Shown in pieces: positions 37,501-52,171 of a stretch of 64,000 nucleotides of DNA. The position numbers were made by a program, and so were the translations under genes. The notes beneath the pieces are model-generated. The model was not told where the DNA came from and searched no databases. It saw nothing but the letters and a program-made list of their open reading frames with translations. Origin of the DNA: Chromera velia (Eukaryota); contig JAHBMJ010000112.1 in assembly GCA_018398765.1 (NCBI GenBank), forward strand, positions 1 through 64,000, in the 5' to 3' direction. Position 1 is the first letter of the stretch; every line of letters begins with the position of its first letter.

Positions 37501-40408
37501 AAGGACGATCTGAAAATCCAAAAAGTCGGTTCTGCTTGGTTTCAACCCATTCTCTTTCTCCTTGTGTACCATTAGGACCGATTTTTCAGTACACTCTCAG
37601 ATTCTCTGTCTCGTTTGCTTCAGCCATGATCCTAAAAGTGCTCTCTCTCTCTCTGTCTGTTTCTCTGTTTTTCTCTCTCTCCCTCTCACACGTACACGTA
37701 CACACACACACACGCACAGAGAGACACACACGGGGAGAGTAACAAACAGCCACACCGCAGTCACACACACTTACACAGAGCTACACACATACTCATACAC
37801 ACAGTCACATACACATGCACAGACACACAATAGATTGGAGGAGTCATGCTCAGACTACGCAGCTACTAGACGCAGCTTTTCCACGCGCCTCACCTGTTTT
37901 CTTCCCTCCCTCCCTGTCTTAGGAAGCAAAAGTTGGCGAGGAAGGCGAAAAGAGCAGCTTCAAAGCAGAAATCGAAACTCTCTCTGTCTCTGTACTATTC
38001 ATCTGCCCAGCAGCTGATTTGTCGTGTCTTTCTACCAAAGCTGCGACAGACAATAGAGTTCTCAGCACAGAAACTTCCCATCTTTCCTCTCTCATGGCTT
38101 ACACACACATTGTTTTCTGCTGTCTGTGATGTCGACCTCTAATCTTCACTCCCATCTATAAGTTCTTTTCGAATCACCAATGTGAATACCGTGAATGCAA
38201 GAACGAATGCTTTGGTTCCTCTTCTCTCGAATGGAAAACGGCACCCGCTCGTTTGTGTGTCTGTCCGTATTGCTTCGTAAGAGTTCACAGCTTGCGTTGC
38301 ACAATGAGCCGTCGAATGTTAAAGCTGGACAATTAAGTGGCTCTTCTGTTTTAAAGGAAACGCCTGACCTTGATTTTGGTCCATTCATTTCCTTTCGTTT
38401 CTGCAGAACCCAAAAGCAAGTCTATAGTGATCGCTCTGGTCGAGCCACGGTCTCATCTCAGCTTGATCTGGCTCTGACATCAGATCAAGCAGCTTTCACA
38501 TCCTTATGATCAGCACAATCGCTCCTTCTTGTAGCCCACGAGTTTTTTCACACCGCAGAAAAGATCGATCATACGTCCATGAACGCGATCGAAGTCGGAT
38601 GTGAGCTAGGTGCCGAGACCTTGAAGCCATAGGCCACTCTTCTACACTTGAATGTCAATCCGACGAGAGATATGATATGATGTCACTGCAAAGATGGAAA
38701 CAAAGCTCGAAAGAAGCTGCATCACATCACATCCATGTATGATTGAATGCATGGGGAGATCATGCAACAGTTTGAATGCATGGCATGGATGGAGCGCTGA
38801 GTAAGATTCATATGAGCTAGCGGCCCCGGAAAGACAGAAATCAAATACAGACTGAATCGAAAATGTGCCCCTCGATCAAGCGATCGAGATAAAGGTCGAT
38901 TTCAGTATGCAACGCGTCGGGCATGGACAGCTCGCACGTACGGGTGCATGGCGTCACAATAGCTAAAAATGGCGTTATAAGTGGAGGTAAGTTACTGATA
39001 CTGATTTCGGCGCGCAATGCGCGCCCATGCACTCTCATGTATATGTACACGTAACAGTATGTACTTCATTCAGTTCACAAAAGGAAGGTGGAAGAGGAAA
39101 GGAAAAGAAGAGAAGGGCAGTGTGGTTCTGGAAGATAAAACAGAAAAAAATTCAAAAAATTGTGGATCGAGTAAACTTGAAGTGTGACAGAGGCTAGGCC
39201 AAAATTAAAGCCGCTAAATTTAATTATGATACTTAAATCATAGTGGTTATACAAACTTCAAATAGTAAGTTACGGATACTATACTTATTTCAAAAAACTA
39301 TTTTTCAAAATCTAATTTAGTGGATAAGTACTCATTTTAAACTATCAAAGTTACTCTTAACCCCACTGCGTAGAGTGGCCTGCGTCTAAAATTCTATCTA
39401 CATTTACATCTTCATAATTTTTTACTAATTTTTTAAATTAGTTATTGTTGTTTGTCTCTGCACCATATGCATGATGTTAACAATAATTCCTATAGAATCT
39501 TACTCAGAAATTGGCTTAAAATAAATTCAATTATTTTTTTTTTTCAAATTAATTGTTTCAAATAGATCATTACTGTTAAAAAATGTTTGTTGGTCTTCTA
39601 TTTTTTAGCTCTTTCTAAAGCTTTTTATAAGAATTACAATTGTTCATAATTTACTCACTTACTTAATGGTGGTTTAGCCTAGAGTCTCCAAAACCAGAGA
39701 CAAACGGTAACCCATGGCCTGGTCTCATGCATGCAGTTCGTGCGCAACCTAGGCTGGGAGATAAAACGATCAATGACATGTCTAGTCTCAAGATACAGAG
39801 CACACCATCCCTGCAGAGCAGGGTTCAAAAAGTTCAATATGCACAATTCGTAGACATAACGGCGGTTGTTCATTCAAAAAGAGTAAATCATAAAATTTTG
39901 GACAAGTTAATGAAAGAATGCTTGCAGACACACTTGTTTGTTTAGAGCTGCTTTGAACTCAGCGGTTGATTGCAAACCAGTCACGGTATTTTAACCGTAT
40001 TTATCGTTCGGTGTACTCTGTGGACAGAAAAAGCCGCCCGATTAGTCCACTGGCACTGCCAGTCGAAGCTGCTTGATTTTAAGTGTGTTGCCTTCCAAGA
40101 GAAAGCGGGGGAGCTAAGATTCTCAAATCCTTTCTCGGCAGAAATCACCAAGTGAGTCGCTCGACCGCGCAAGCTCCTCCCACTTGAAGTGCGCCTGGTC
40201 CCAAATTTTCAATCCTGCACGAATTAGGAGCCTTGATACAGACGTACCGAATTAACTGGAAAACTCAGCTTCCATACGAGAGGAAGAGAGGAAGGCTCCA
40301 TGGGTCTCAGCCCAGCTGGCTTTTTCATCTGGCCAACCATTCACATCCTCTCTCGCTCATTCATTGATTCACTCACTCACTCACTCACTCACTCACTCTT
40401 TGACTAGC

Positions 40409-40610
40409 TCAAAGGACCCTTCCCCGCTCCCATGCCCGGCCCGATTCAGATCCCCCAGGAGGCCCACATGGAAACCCCCCGGATGCCCCCTTGGAAAGAT
40501 CACAGCAGTCGACTGACCATCTGCAGAAGGTGCTGAAGTTGACGGCAGCATCTCCGGACGAACCCGTTTCCGATCCGCCTCTGCATTGGCATGACGAACC
40601 ATCACACACA

Positions 40611-40659
<49 letters not shown>

Positions 40660-41532
40660 AAGAAAGAAAGAAAGAAAGAAAAAGGGAGAGACAGCAAAAA
40701 AGGACAAGAAGAGCATGGTGACATGAAGAGAAAACGCGTCATAATATCATGCAAAGCCAACGAACCAGTTTACACCCAAAAAAGTCTACGGATACAGCTA
40801 TTCAGAAAAAGGTGTCGCAATTCATTGAAGACAGCACGGAGAGAAACTCTTTCTTGAATTGCACAAACCGACACAGGACAAGAACCTTCAGAGCTTTAGC
40901 TGAGGACATTTACTGCAGAGAAAAAGAAAGAAACAACAGACAGAAAGAGAGAAGGAAGTCACCAAAACCGACAGGGTTTGAGCTTGAAAGATGGATTTAT
41001 CATTCCTACCTGTTCTCTTGTCCAAATAGGCAGCTTTCTTTCAGTGTGACTATCAATCTGCCTACCAGCCTTTGCATCAATCTGTCTATTTGATTCTCCA
41101 TTTCCTCAACCCACTTGATAGGCAGGACTGAATCATTTTTCTTCATGTCTTCGACCATCAAAAAACACTCCCGGAGAGACGGGCCTCCCTCCATCGACTG
41201 GAGACTCCGAAAGATCTCAGCTGCATCCACGGTCTGGGTCCGCACAAAGGAGGAGGAGGAGGAGGAAGAGGACGACGAGGAGGAGGAACTTGACCCCGAA
41301 GGGCCCGCACCAATACCCGAATCCCCAAAGGTGGCCCCGAAAAGCGTTGTTGCGTTTTCAGTGCCTTTTCCCAAACGGCACACATACCTGCAGAATTTAG
41401 AGTAAAATGAGAGAGAAAGGATCCGCTGAATTTGTCGGTTTGGATCCGATCGTTGCAAAAAAATAAGTTCTTTGCATCGCTTTGTACAACAATATACCAC
41501 ATGATAAAACCAAGCAAAGAGTGAATCAAACA

Positions 41533-41576
<44 letters not shown>

Positions 41577-42184
41577 AGGAAGAGATGAGGCCAAACAGGG
41601 AAGGAAAACAGACTGAGGAAGGAAGGAAGGAAGGAAGGAAGGAAGAAAACAATTCAAGGGTAAATAAGGGCTGCAGAGAGAGAGACCAGACCGGACATGA
41701 ATGCAGACGCAGACGTACGCAAAGATCCGTTCTGCCTTCGATTCGCGTTCCTCCCTGGACATGCCTGGGCCTCCCTGACGACCCAGCAGCGTCTCTGTTG
41801 CCTGCAAGGAGAAATGGCGCAAGAAAAGGACATTGATTAATTCCACAGGCATCCTTCCTGTGCTCTATCGCTACCGACAAACAAAAATTCATTCGACAAA
41901 CGAAGAAAAACAAATGCATACTGACCACGACCACCAGAGCGCAGAACTCGTCTTCAGTCACCAAGGGGGGCTCCTCAAAGTCCATCTGCACGCATGTTCT
42001 TTCAGATGTGCACATTCATTTCATCATACAAAACATTAAAAGTATACCCATCAAAAATTTGATCCGTGCAGCCATCCGACATCGGGTATCTTTGTGATCA
42101 ACGGACACGTGCGAAAAGGAAAGCCTTCTTTCCCTCCCTAGGATCGTTCATGCATCTTCTCATGCTCTCTGTCTCTCTCCCTCC

Positions 42185-42218
<34 letters not shown>

Positions 42219-44638
42219 TCCTTTTATGGCGGCCCACCTGAGCGATAGCTTCTCTAAGTTTTCGCCTTCGGACACCCGACCCGCCCCCCCAGGCTCTGCC
42301 TCCTTGGAAGAGTGCACTCGCTGTCATCTGGAGCAGGGCGGCCTCTGCGTCCTCCAACAGGACCACACTCTCACCAGGCAAACCCTGCGCATGCAAACAC
42401 AGAGGGAGCACGGACGTGAGGGCACGTCACGTGTGTCTACGCCTAGAGAGAGGTGGCATAGGGGGGGAATGTTGTTAAGCGCGCTCGGGATTTGCTGGGT
42501 CTCTTTCTAAGTTACGCATCCACCTTACAGTGTTCCGCTCTGTCTGTCTTTCTGCATTTGTTGTCCAGAGTTCGGCTGAGCTCCAGTAAATCCTGTTTTT
42601 TCGTTTGGCCTCACAGGGTCCACACACGTAACCAGAGGATCAGGGGAAAGAAACGAGACAATCCATAGAGAAAAAGGAAAGTGTTAAGATAAACGGAAAA
42701 GAAGAGAGCAAGGTGGAGATATTCCCTTTTCCCTTCCTTTCTGTCCTCTTTTCGTGTCGACTGACAGAGGACAGAGGGCGGTCAGCTCCCTTCTTCTTTT
42801 TCCCATGAGGTCCGACTGCTATCGGTTCCAGTTGGTCAAACGGACTGGCTGCTGCAGCTGACGGGGGAGATGCCGAGGGCAACTCGAGTCTGCAGTACAA
42901 AGAAACAAAACACAGAAAAAGAGACGAATGGAGAATGGAAGACGAAAATGGTGTCGTCAAACAAAGCAAAAAAGAGATCTCGTCGAAAGGCTGAAAATTG
43001 TGATTTCCCTCCGGAAACATCTCAGGGCCGCAACCAAAAAGAATCGATCGGCACAATTGGAGCAGTTAGATCTTTCTGCTCACTGACGTCGCTTCGTCAT
43101 CTCCAGGGCGAGCAAACAGGGACTGTCGGGCCTTTGTTTTTCTTCTCCTCAGGTCCTCCGTCACTGCTCCTTCCAGTTCCCGTCTCGCTTTGCTGATAGC
43201 CGAGAAAGCGTTTTTGGCACTCTTCTGGTCTCTGAGAGGAAGCGAAAAGAATGCGCTGTACGCTCTTCGCTGCTTTTGCTTCCGACCCTCAAGGCTTTTG
43301 CGTTCCTCTGCTTCCACCCTGGACCGCCAGAAACCGACAACCTGAATACATGGGACCCAAAAAACAAAGAGAGAACGTAATCCCAAGCAAAGGTGCCCCA
43401 CAGATTGAAGAAACCAACGGAAAGAGCAGTTGCATGCTCTGTGCAGAAACAGTACTCAGCGTTTGAAAAACAGTTCTGAAAGAAAAAGAAACAAAACTGT
43501 CTCTCATGAACTTACTTGACGACTCAAATTACGGGCGTGCGTCATTCCTTCTTCCGCAGTCTGCAAAAAACACAGTCAAAGCCCAGAAGAAAGAGTACTT
43601 CACACATCAGCCCTAAGATCTCATTCAGGGCACAGCCGATGGAATGACAAAGACGAGCTGCCCGCTTGCAGAGAGATCGAATGAGACGGGGGGGACGGGA
43701 AGAGGGAAAAGTGTTGCATTGTCACCTCACCTGGAGCTTTCTGTAAGATTCGTCTCCGCTAATGAGCCACAGAAACAATCTATGTACGAATATGGTGACG
43801 AACTCAATAGCTGCACTAGCTATAATAATTAAAACTGACAACAGTTACGCTCACCAAGTCATATGATCTCAACTTGAGGCTGACCTCCCGAAGGATCCGG
43901 GCGTCTGCCCCGAAGTCTGTGGCCGCAGCTTGGCTGAGCAACCTGAAAACAACAGAGGACGGGAGCAATCAGTCTCACCTATTTATTTATTTCTCCCTCC
44001 TCCCCTTTCTTCCTTCGTTGACCCCCTCACTTCCTCACTCATTCGTTTTTGATTCAGAGAGTAGTTTCCTTCATTCCCTTCCTTGCAAACATCTTTGTTC
44101 ACCCTTTCAGAAAGATGAGTATACGAAGAAGACCTTATGTCTTTCTGTTGCTCTTCTTGTCCATCTGTCTGTCTGTCGACCAGCGCAGCAAGCAACGAAA
44201 GCAAGTCGCATACAGAAAGACAGACAGACAATCACAAAGATGGACAGCTAGAAAGAAATTCAGAAAGTCACAACGACAGAAACAACAAAGTAGAAGGAAA
44301 GGGAGAAAGAAAGAGCGAATAAAAAAAGAGAAAAAGAAAGAAACCAGCAAAGAAAGAAGGAAAGAAAGAAACCTTTGTATGTGTGTACAAAGAAAGACGC
44401 TTGAGAAAGAAGGAACGCAAGGAACGAGAAAGCTTGAGCAAACAAAATGAGAGCAGATACACAGCTTACTTGCAGGCATGAGGAAGCAAGAAAGCGAAGT
44501 AGAGGACTGCGCAGACAGCCACGGAAAGGTCCCACAAGATGAACAAAATTTTCTGCCTGCAAACGAGAGAAGACGATAATCGATTGACGGCTTCCTCAAT
44601 ATCATCAGCATCGATAGCATAAGTGCGACCCGGAGGAA

Positions 44639-44679
<41 letters not shown>

Positions 44680-45237
44680 AAAAGAAGAGGGATGGGCAGA
44701 GAGAGAGCGGAGAAGAGCTCGAAGACATGGCAAGAATGTGGGAGACTTTACACATCAAAGAGAGCTGGGAAGAATATGCATCTGTGCACGGATCCAAACA
44801 TACTACCTGCCTTGCACTGACAAATCACTAAGGAGGTTTTCCGTTTCTTCTAGGCAATATTTATCTCTCGATCTTCAAACAGAATGAAGGCCAATCAATC
44901 AGAAAACAATCGCATGGTTAGACTCTCCCTCAAAAGTCTAGACGCATCCATCTACGTGTCTGCCTGCACCTTCAAATGCACGTGTACGTCGAATTGAATG
45001 TAGCAAGACAGAAGTGGGCCCGAAACAAATTCACCAAAAAACGGAACTGACTCACTCCAAAGGATCGTCGTCGAGGACCGTCAGCCGAACCATCAGGGTA
45101 GCCGACAGCATGAAGAAGGAGAATGTCAGCCATCGAATGCACAGCTGCGCGCAGAGAGAAATTCATACACAAACGCATTTCTACGGACAGACTGACAAGC
45201 AGAGAAAGAGACAGCAAGAGAGAAACAGCGTCACACG

Positions 45238-45272
<35 letters not shown>

Positions 45273-47736
45273 GGGGGGAGAGAGAGCAATGCAGCTTATC
45301 AAACAAAATAATTGAAGGCCGGAGAGTAAATGGAGAAGAAATCCGACGCGAGTTATTGCCTTCCTGCGTAAGATCACTGACTGACCAGAAATCCGGTGGG
45401 CGGAAGAGCCCAGAGAGACCGGTAGCGATGCCGGAATGCCTGGTCGTTTCCTCTTGCATTTTTGCCCTTCATTACTCTTTTTAAGATTTTTCTTTTTTCA
45501 TACGGCGCTCTCAAAGAACACGAACTCCACAGGGCGACAAATTCTAGGCAACAGCTGACGTCTGCTTCTTCACCTGCACAGGACAGACACGGAAAGATTG
45601 TGTGTGGCAGGCGGGAGCGCGTATCAAGGAGACGTGTGGAGAATCCGTGACTGTTGCTTGAAAGGTTTTCGGCCCTTCCTTCTTCGCCTTCTTCGCGTAT
45701 ATTTCTTTTTCACGCTTCAACATTTAGTCAGGGATATCAGAACCAGATAATACGAAAGCCGCTAGCAGATCAGCAAGCTCTGATGGAAAGTCTGCAGGAC
45801 TGTTGAGTCTCTTTGTTTGTTTCTCATTCCGGCATTTTGCATGGTTGATCTCACAAAGAGGGTCACAACAATGCCGCAAAACGGACGCAGATAGTTTTTA
45901 CTCGCACACTCAGGCGAACAGACAAAAGCCTTTGGCCGTCAACGGACAGGCACAGGTCTACCGCACAATATTCGCTCTCACAAACCTGAAGGCAGTTCCC
46001 CAGAGGGAGGTGCCCCCCCTCCCCTCCACCCCGAGGTCTCTGCAGGAAGAATATCACTCGTGGCATCGGGCAAAGGGGTTCCCGCTCCAGCCCCCAGAGG
46101 CACCCCCTTGACTGAGTACAGAGACACAGCGCTGTTCCGTGCAGAGGCCGCGATTCGGAATTCCAGCTCGACTTCCATGTCCTCTTCTTCGTCTCCATCC
46201 ACAAGAGACATGCGAGGCGACAGCATCTGCATCCATACATACATCCATACATCCATCGACGATTATGCGCAAAGCTGGGTAGCACATCGGAAACATAGCG
46301 CAAGTCAATTCTCTCCCACGCGCGTTTTCTGCCAGAGAGAAGAAGAGTGCATGATTTTCTGTCGTTTGTTCCATCCATCCATCCATCCATCTATTCATAT
46401 GTGATGCAGCACACACCTCGAGGTCGATGAGCGTTGCTGCTGAGGGACCGCCTCCCTGTAGAACGGATTGGGTGGAGGCACGACTTCGTCTGGATTCCAT
46501 TCGCTGCAACCATACAGAGTGTCGTCGTCTTGTGGGAAGACAAAGGATGCACAATCAGAAGAACATCAAGATTCCAAAAGGTCACCTTGGTCGCGACACT
46601 GATTTACTTTGTCTGCATGTCGACTGCAGATTGAGGAAGCGTGCAGTCTCATAACCGAGCCCCATTTTGTAGAGCTCATCTGAAAGAATCAAAGCCTGGT
46701 GAAAGTGAAAAAACAAAAAAGCAAACCGACGGACTCTCATGAGAGACGCGCCCCTGCTTCTCCTTGTGTCTGTTGTCGGAGTTTGAAGAAGTTGTTGTGT
46801 CGGTCTCTGCCCTGTCTCTCGACCGGTCACAGACCGCGCTGGTTTCAAAATTGGTTTAGGTACCGCCATCCCTGGATCAGCTGCTCCTGCTGCCGGGAAT
46901 CCAGCTGCTCCTGCTCTTGCAGTCGGGGAATTTTCAATAAAATCCGCAAAGTTCCGAGCAGCAATTGCCGACAGAGCCGTAGAACGTCGGAGGTCCCGTG
47001 CGTGTCCTGGAAGCGCAGCGTGTCCTGGAAGCGCACTTCCCCCCTCCTCCTCTCCCTCTTCCCCTGAAGTTGACGCAAGCGGGTGCTCTAATGTTGTGGC
47101 AGGGGCTTGAGAGGACCTATGATGCTGCAAAGATCCCCTCCATGCAAGAGAAATTTGGTTTGTCCGTCTATCTGTCTGGATGTCTGTCTTTCTCTTTCTT
47201 TGCTTGAATGTTGGAAATCAAAAAGGAAAACGAGGGCGGGTGATGTGGTAAAAGAGAGAGAAAAGAGGGAAGTAGGCAAACGAAAAGAGACACAAACCTA
47301 TGCCAAAACTCCAGAAGGAAGCGGGAGGGAGGAAGACAGCTGGACACTGACAGTTTCATCACCGTGACACAAACCAGTCAGCAAAGGGATGTGACATTCA
47401 AATTAAATTTCTGGGAGACCTACACGCAGAGAAAAGAACTCTCACGAGCTCGGGAGATACACAGCTGCGGAGCCAGGAACAAAGAAAGAGGGACATTATA
47501 AAGCGGAGGAAAAAGGAGAAAGACAGGCAAGTCAAGAGATCAACCATGCAGACTTACACTCCAGTTGCTCATTCTCCTTTTTACTCCCTTCATTAGCGCA
47601 ACAACACTCTTCTTCGCCTGCACCCAGTGGACACATGCATGACAGTGAAGTCAAGTCTGTCTAGTCGTGTCTACGTGCCTGCCTGCCTGCCTGCCTGTCT
47701 GTCCTCCTTCGGCGCTCCCTTTCTCGTTTCCGCACG

Positions 47737-47789
<53 letters not shown>

Positions 47790-50042
47790 GAGAACGAAAT
47801 GGGATGACAAAGTCAATTCCAAGAATCAATCCTATACGTCAACCAGGGGAGGGAGCCGCAGATTGAACAAACATTTATTTCCACTGTATTTCCCTCCCTC
47901 CTCTCACCTTTCGCGCCCTTTTGTTGAGCCACGAACGTTTTCCGTTTCCATGTCCATCACCCTGCTCGTCTCCCTCCTCCTCGTCCTCTTCATCCGACGA
48001 ATCCTCCTCCCATTCTCCTTCACTCTCATCCTCATCCTCCCCCCCCACCCCCAAAGACCCGACCCCATAATTCGCACCCTCAGGTTGTCGATCTGCCGCC
48101 TCTTCTCCCCCCTCCTCTTGCAGCAGGTTGGACAGAATGTACGCGTCTACTGCGCCCTGCTTCGGTGTCAGCCTGCATGAACAATCCCCCCGGGAAGAAT
48201 GTACGAGGGTGAGGTACGAGAACATCGAGGAGGTGGGAGGGAGAAAGAATTTTAGTTAGCTGCAAGGTACTGAATGTACTAGCAAGACACACAGATATAT
48301 CTCGTGCACTTTGTTTGTTCTCCAGATCTTGGAGACGAACAGACAAACCCACACTGCAGTCAGTTTGTGACTGACTTTTCATTCACCCGATAAAGCTGCC
48401 AAACAACGATTCCAGCTGCGATGACAAGACAGGGCGCGATCAAGCGCATGATCCACGCAGTCACGCGAGTGGACAGAGCCCAATGGTCGTGTTCCCCCCA
48501 GCCTTTTGAAACTTTTTGCCCGTTGCTCTCCTGTGCGCAGATGGCTGCAATCAGCCCCAGCAGCACCAACAGCGTGGGGACAAAAGCCTGCCCTGGAGGG
48601 ACGAAGACAGCCCTCGAGACCTGGAGCTGCTTCTTGGCAAGGTAGTCCGAGAAGGAAAACCTGCAGGCAGGCCGTTTTACAGAAGGCGCACTGTTTGTAT
48701 CTATACCCGTGCAATGATCTCTTGAATACCCCTGCACCAATTCAACTCAGATTGCCCAAGGTAGAGAAAATGCGAGAAAGCACCCAACCAGAATCCCACC
48801 TCATTCAATAATTCAACCGTGGGGGCGTTTCCTCGTGGGGGCGTAGACTGGAGACAGAAAAGGATCAAAGCATTTGCATTCCAAGGCACTCACCCACCTG
48901 TTGGGATTCTCTACGGGAGGAATAAAGACGCTCTCCCCGTAGAGGAGACGCTGCCGACGCCCCCAGCGACGTAGCTGGAGTGCTGCCCATTTTTGATCGG
49001 GGCCCTTCATCCTTTCCCTCTCCCGAGCGAGCCCCACCAGCTCCACCGGAGTGACGGCCTCGCAGAAAGCCCACGATTCGCACTCGATATCGACATTCAG
49101 CAGCAAGATGTTCAGGGTCACCTGCAAACACAAAGAAACGGACAGCCGTGAGATACGTCTACGCAAGCGTGGCGAAGATCTGCCACGACTGTGCTTCAGG
49201 AGACCAACATGTTGGCATCATACCTATGGAGTCAACACATTCACGTGCATGTTTGGTATGCAATACCTGCAGGGGGTCGTTTCTGGCAGTGACTTGCTGC
49301 TTGACCACTTGTCTAGCTTTCACGATAGTTTACAGGAGGTCGAAATTAATATCTCTTGCGCTCATTCAGCTCGGTGGCATGGATCAGTACTCTCATGCAT
49401 TTCTGAAACAGGCGCCAAAATTTCTAATCAACATGCAGACTGACAACGAAGCACGAAATGACGGCGAAGAGAAACCAATTGGACCCCTGCACCGTCGCGT
49501 TCAGAGCTCTGCGGGCAAGCTCCTGACTACCCTCGTTTGATGACAGACTCGCAAAGGCACTTGTCAGGTGGGGCAGGACGCCTGTGTAGATCAGACTGTT
49601 GACACAGATGAGGGTGACAACTGTCAGAAGGATCTTCCGTGTCACCCTTTGAAAGACTGCATTTCGGTAGGGAGCCGTGCCAGAAAGTGCCCAGCGCGCC
49701 TTTCTGTTTCGTGAGGGCGCGAGCACACCAAGATCGGACCACATAGCGAAGTAAGGGCAACCCACAGGCAGATCACCTGCTGGGCGGGAAGACTAATAAT
49801 CTGTATCTGTGGATATGTCGGTATGCGCGATTGTTTTCCTGCGATTAATCGAGTTTTCCATCAAGCCAGCAAACTGTCCTGCCAGTATACCGTCAGTTGA
49901 CGCACCAGTCTGTACACAGATCAATCACGCCCTAGCTCTACTCAGATCATGCCTAGCTATATATATAGCCACGATCTGACATGATGATGCATGCAGACGT
50001 GCGATCGATCGTCTTACCTTGCGTCGGAATGCGTCGGACCAT
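40409..50042 (-). CDS. Multipass membrane protein, probably MLO-like, with degenerate C-terminal EF-hand region (about 20 exons)
   Basis: Exons splice in frame from MVRRIPTQG (50042) to ...VNFSTFCRW...GRVL* (40409). Hydrophobic helices KILLTVVTLICVNSLIY, WFLFAVISCFVVTLNILLL, FVPTLLVLLGLIAAI, IMRLIAPCLVIAAGIVVW, LLCIRWLTFSFFML, ILFILWDLSVAVCAVLYF. One middle exon (about 46.6 kb) is uncertain. Confidence 0.65.
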
Positions 50043-50366
50043 GTCGGACCCGACCGATACATGCATGGGCCGCTGGCCGCGCGAGCAGAACCGAGCTAAG
50101 TTTAGCGGTGACTTCGACATCGGATTGCGGGACCAGCTGGAAGCTGACTGATGCTGACTGACTGTCAACCATTGTCAACCATTGACTGCATTGAACTCTG
50201 AACAAAGAAACTGCTACTGACACAGACGCGTGTAGCCAACATAATCTGTTCGAGAGGATGGTTTGAAATCGGTCACGGCATCTTCCAGTTTGTAAAGCAT
50301 CAAGAGAGCAACACCAATTAAGAGCACTTTGCCGTCTCACCTTCGTTGAGTGAGCAAAACGAAAAG

Positions 50367-52004
50367 ATGACAGTCGATTCTGCCCGCGCGAAGCTGCAGG
50401 AGTTCTCTTCTTCGCTGAGAGAAGCCTGTGAGGTGCTTGAACCTGTTCTGCTTCTCTCGCCGTCCCAGTTCAAGGAAGAATACCAAAGCTTGAACGGTGC
50501 GTGGGAGTGGTTCCGTGAAATGGTGTCTCTGCGCCGGCTTTCTCGTTTTTGCTTATTTTCTGGTGTTTTCTCTCTATGATGTTTGCAGCCGAACAGAAAA
50601 TGAAGATCGACAGCACACTTGCCATCGTGGCCTCTGGACTCTTCTTCAGTCAGTTTGTTCGTCGCACAATATAGACTCCAGGGTGCTCTCCATCTTCTAC
50701 TTCGGGATTGTTTTCTGTCAGCTGTTCCCAACTTCACTTTGGTGAACGAGTCGGGCATTTCGGAGAGCCGGGGCTGTTCTCTGTCTCCGTCTGTCCCCAC
50801 CTAGCTGTTTCGGTGGCTTGTCCTGACATGATGACTGTTTTAAGGCTTAATCTTTTCTCACAGTCGTGAATTCGGCTGCTGGTGACAACTTCTGAGACAT
50901 TCCTGACAGGACGAAAAACTGCTGCGTGTCAGAGACGGAGGCAAAGAGTGACCTCTCCTCCTTTCATTTCACAACCCCCCACTAGCTGCTTTCTGTCTCA
51001 GCACCCCGTTCCCCCCCTCTTCCTGTTGAGGTTGCTTGCAGTGGCTTTGAGAACTCAGGGCGTCGACTCGAAGAACCACCCCGTGATGAAGGAAATCGTC
51101 AGTGGCGCAATGAGAAGAGAAGAGGGACAGGGGGGAAAGATGACGTCTCAGGGTTCGATCGAAACAGACTGACTGTGTTGTGGGCATTGAAAGTATCGCG
51201 AATGCAATGGTGGAAAACTGAATCATGGAGGGGTGTTTGTTTCAGTTTAGTTTCTTTTTGGAAGTCCTCAAACGGCCTTGTCATGCTTTCAACGATCCAA
51301 ATTTGACTTGCTTTGACTGCCCTTCTTTGAGAGGATGCCGGTCTTTCTTTCTCTTTCTCTTTCTCTCCTCCTTCCCTACAGGAGCGGGTGAAGGTGTACT
51401 CGAAAAAGGTCAACGACCACCTGAGCGGGGGCGGAGAAGTGCAGGAAAAGGACAAGGCAAAGGCTCAGCCAAAGAAGAGGGGCGGTCGGCCCTCGAGACT
51501 GTCCGGTGGGTGCGTGGGGAGGCGGGGGGGCTTGGTGTCAGGTGGCTGGCTGGGTGCATGGGAGGTTCGCTTCGTGTACTTACTTGCAAGAGATACTCCG
51601 GGGGGGTGATTTGAAAGGGAATGGACAAGGGGGCAGGAGGATGTTGATTCCGTTTGGGTCCCATCAGGTCCACTCTCGTAGTCTCCTCCTTCTCTTCTTT
51701 TTCCTTTTCCTTTTCATTGTCGCCTCCTCGCAAAATCTCCCCCCCTCACTTCCCAGCGAGGTGCAGCGGACGCCCAAATGCAACAACGAACGTGAAGCCA
51801 GAATGCCTAGAAGATCAGAAAAATGAATGAGTCAGTCGAGTCTTCACTGCCCTCAGCTTGAACATCCCATTCCTTCCACCTTTCTTTCTCTCTGTCTCTG
51901 TCTGATTTTCTTTCTGCAGTGGACTCAGATGCTGCGTACAGAATTGTCAAGTTTCATACGGGGACGCCGAAAACGGACACGGAAGCCCGAGCAGGTCCGT
52001 CAGT

Positions 52005-52073
<69 letters not shown>

Positions 52074-52133
52074 TGTGTGTGTCTGTGTGTGTCTGTGTGT
52101 GTGTGTGTCTGTGTGTGTGTGTGTGTGTGCGCG

Positions 52134-52171
<38 letters not shown>

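Noticed and set aside
36858..37572. Cys/Val- or His/Thr-rich ORFs here and at 10.3-10.7 kb and 52.0-52.3 kb
   Set aside because: Translations of (CA)n/(TG)n microsatellites.
45724..45791. Terminal exon (DFPSELADLL...*) splitting the 40.4-50.0 kb locus into two genes
   Set aside because: An alternative acceptor at 45573 keeps the frame open and joins the TM segments into one coherent protein. Kept only as a possible alternative.
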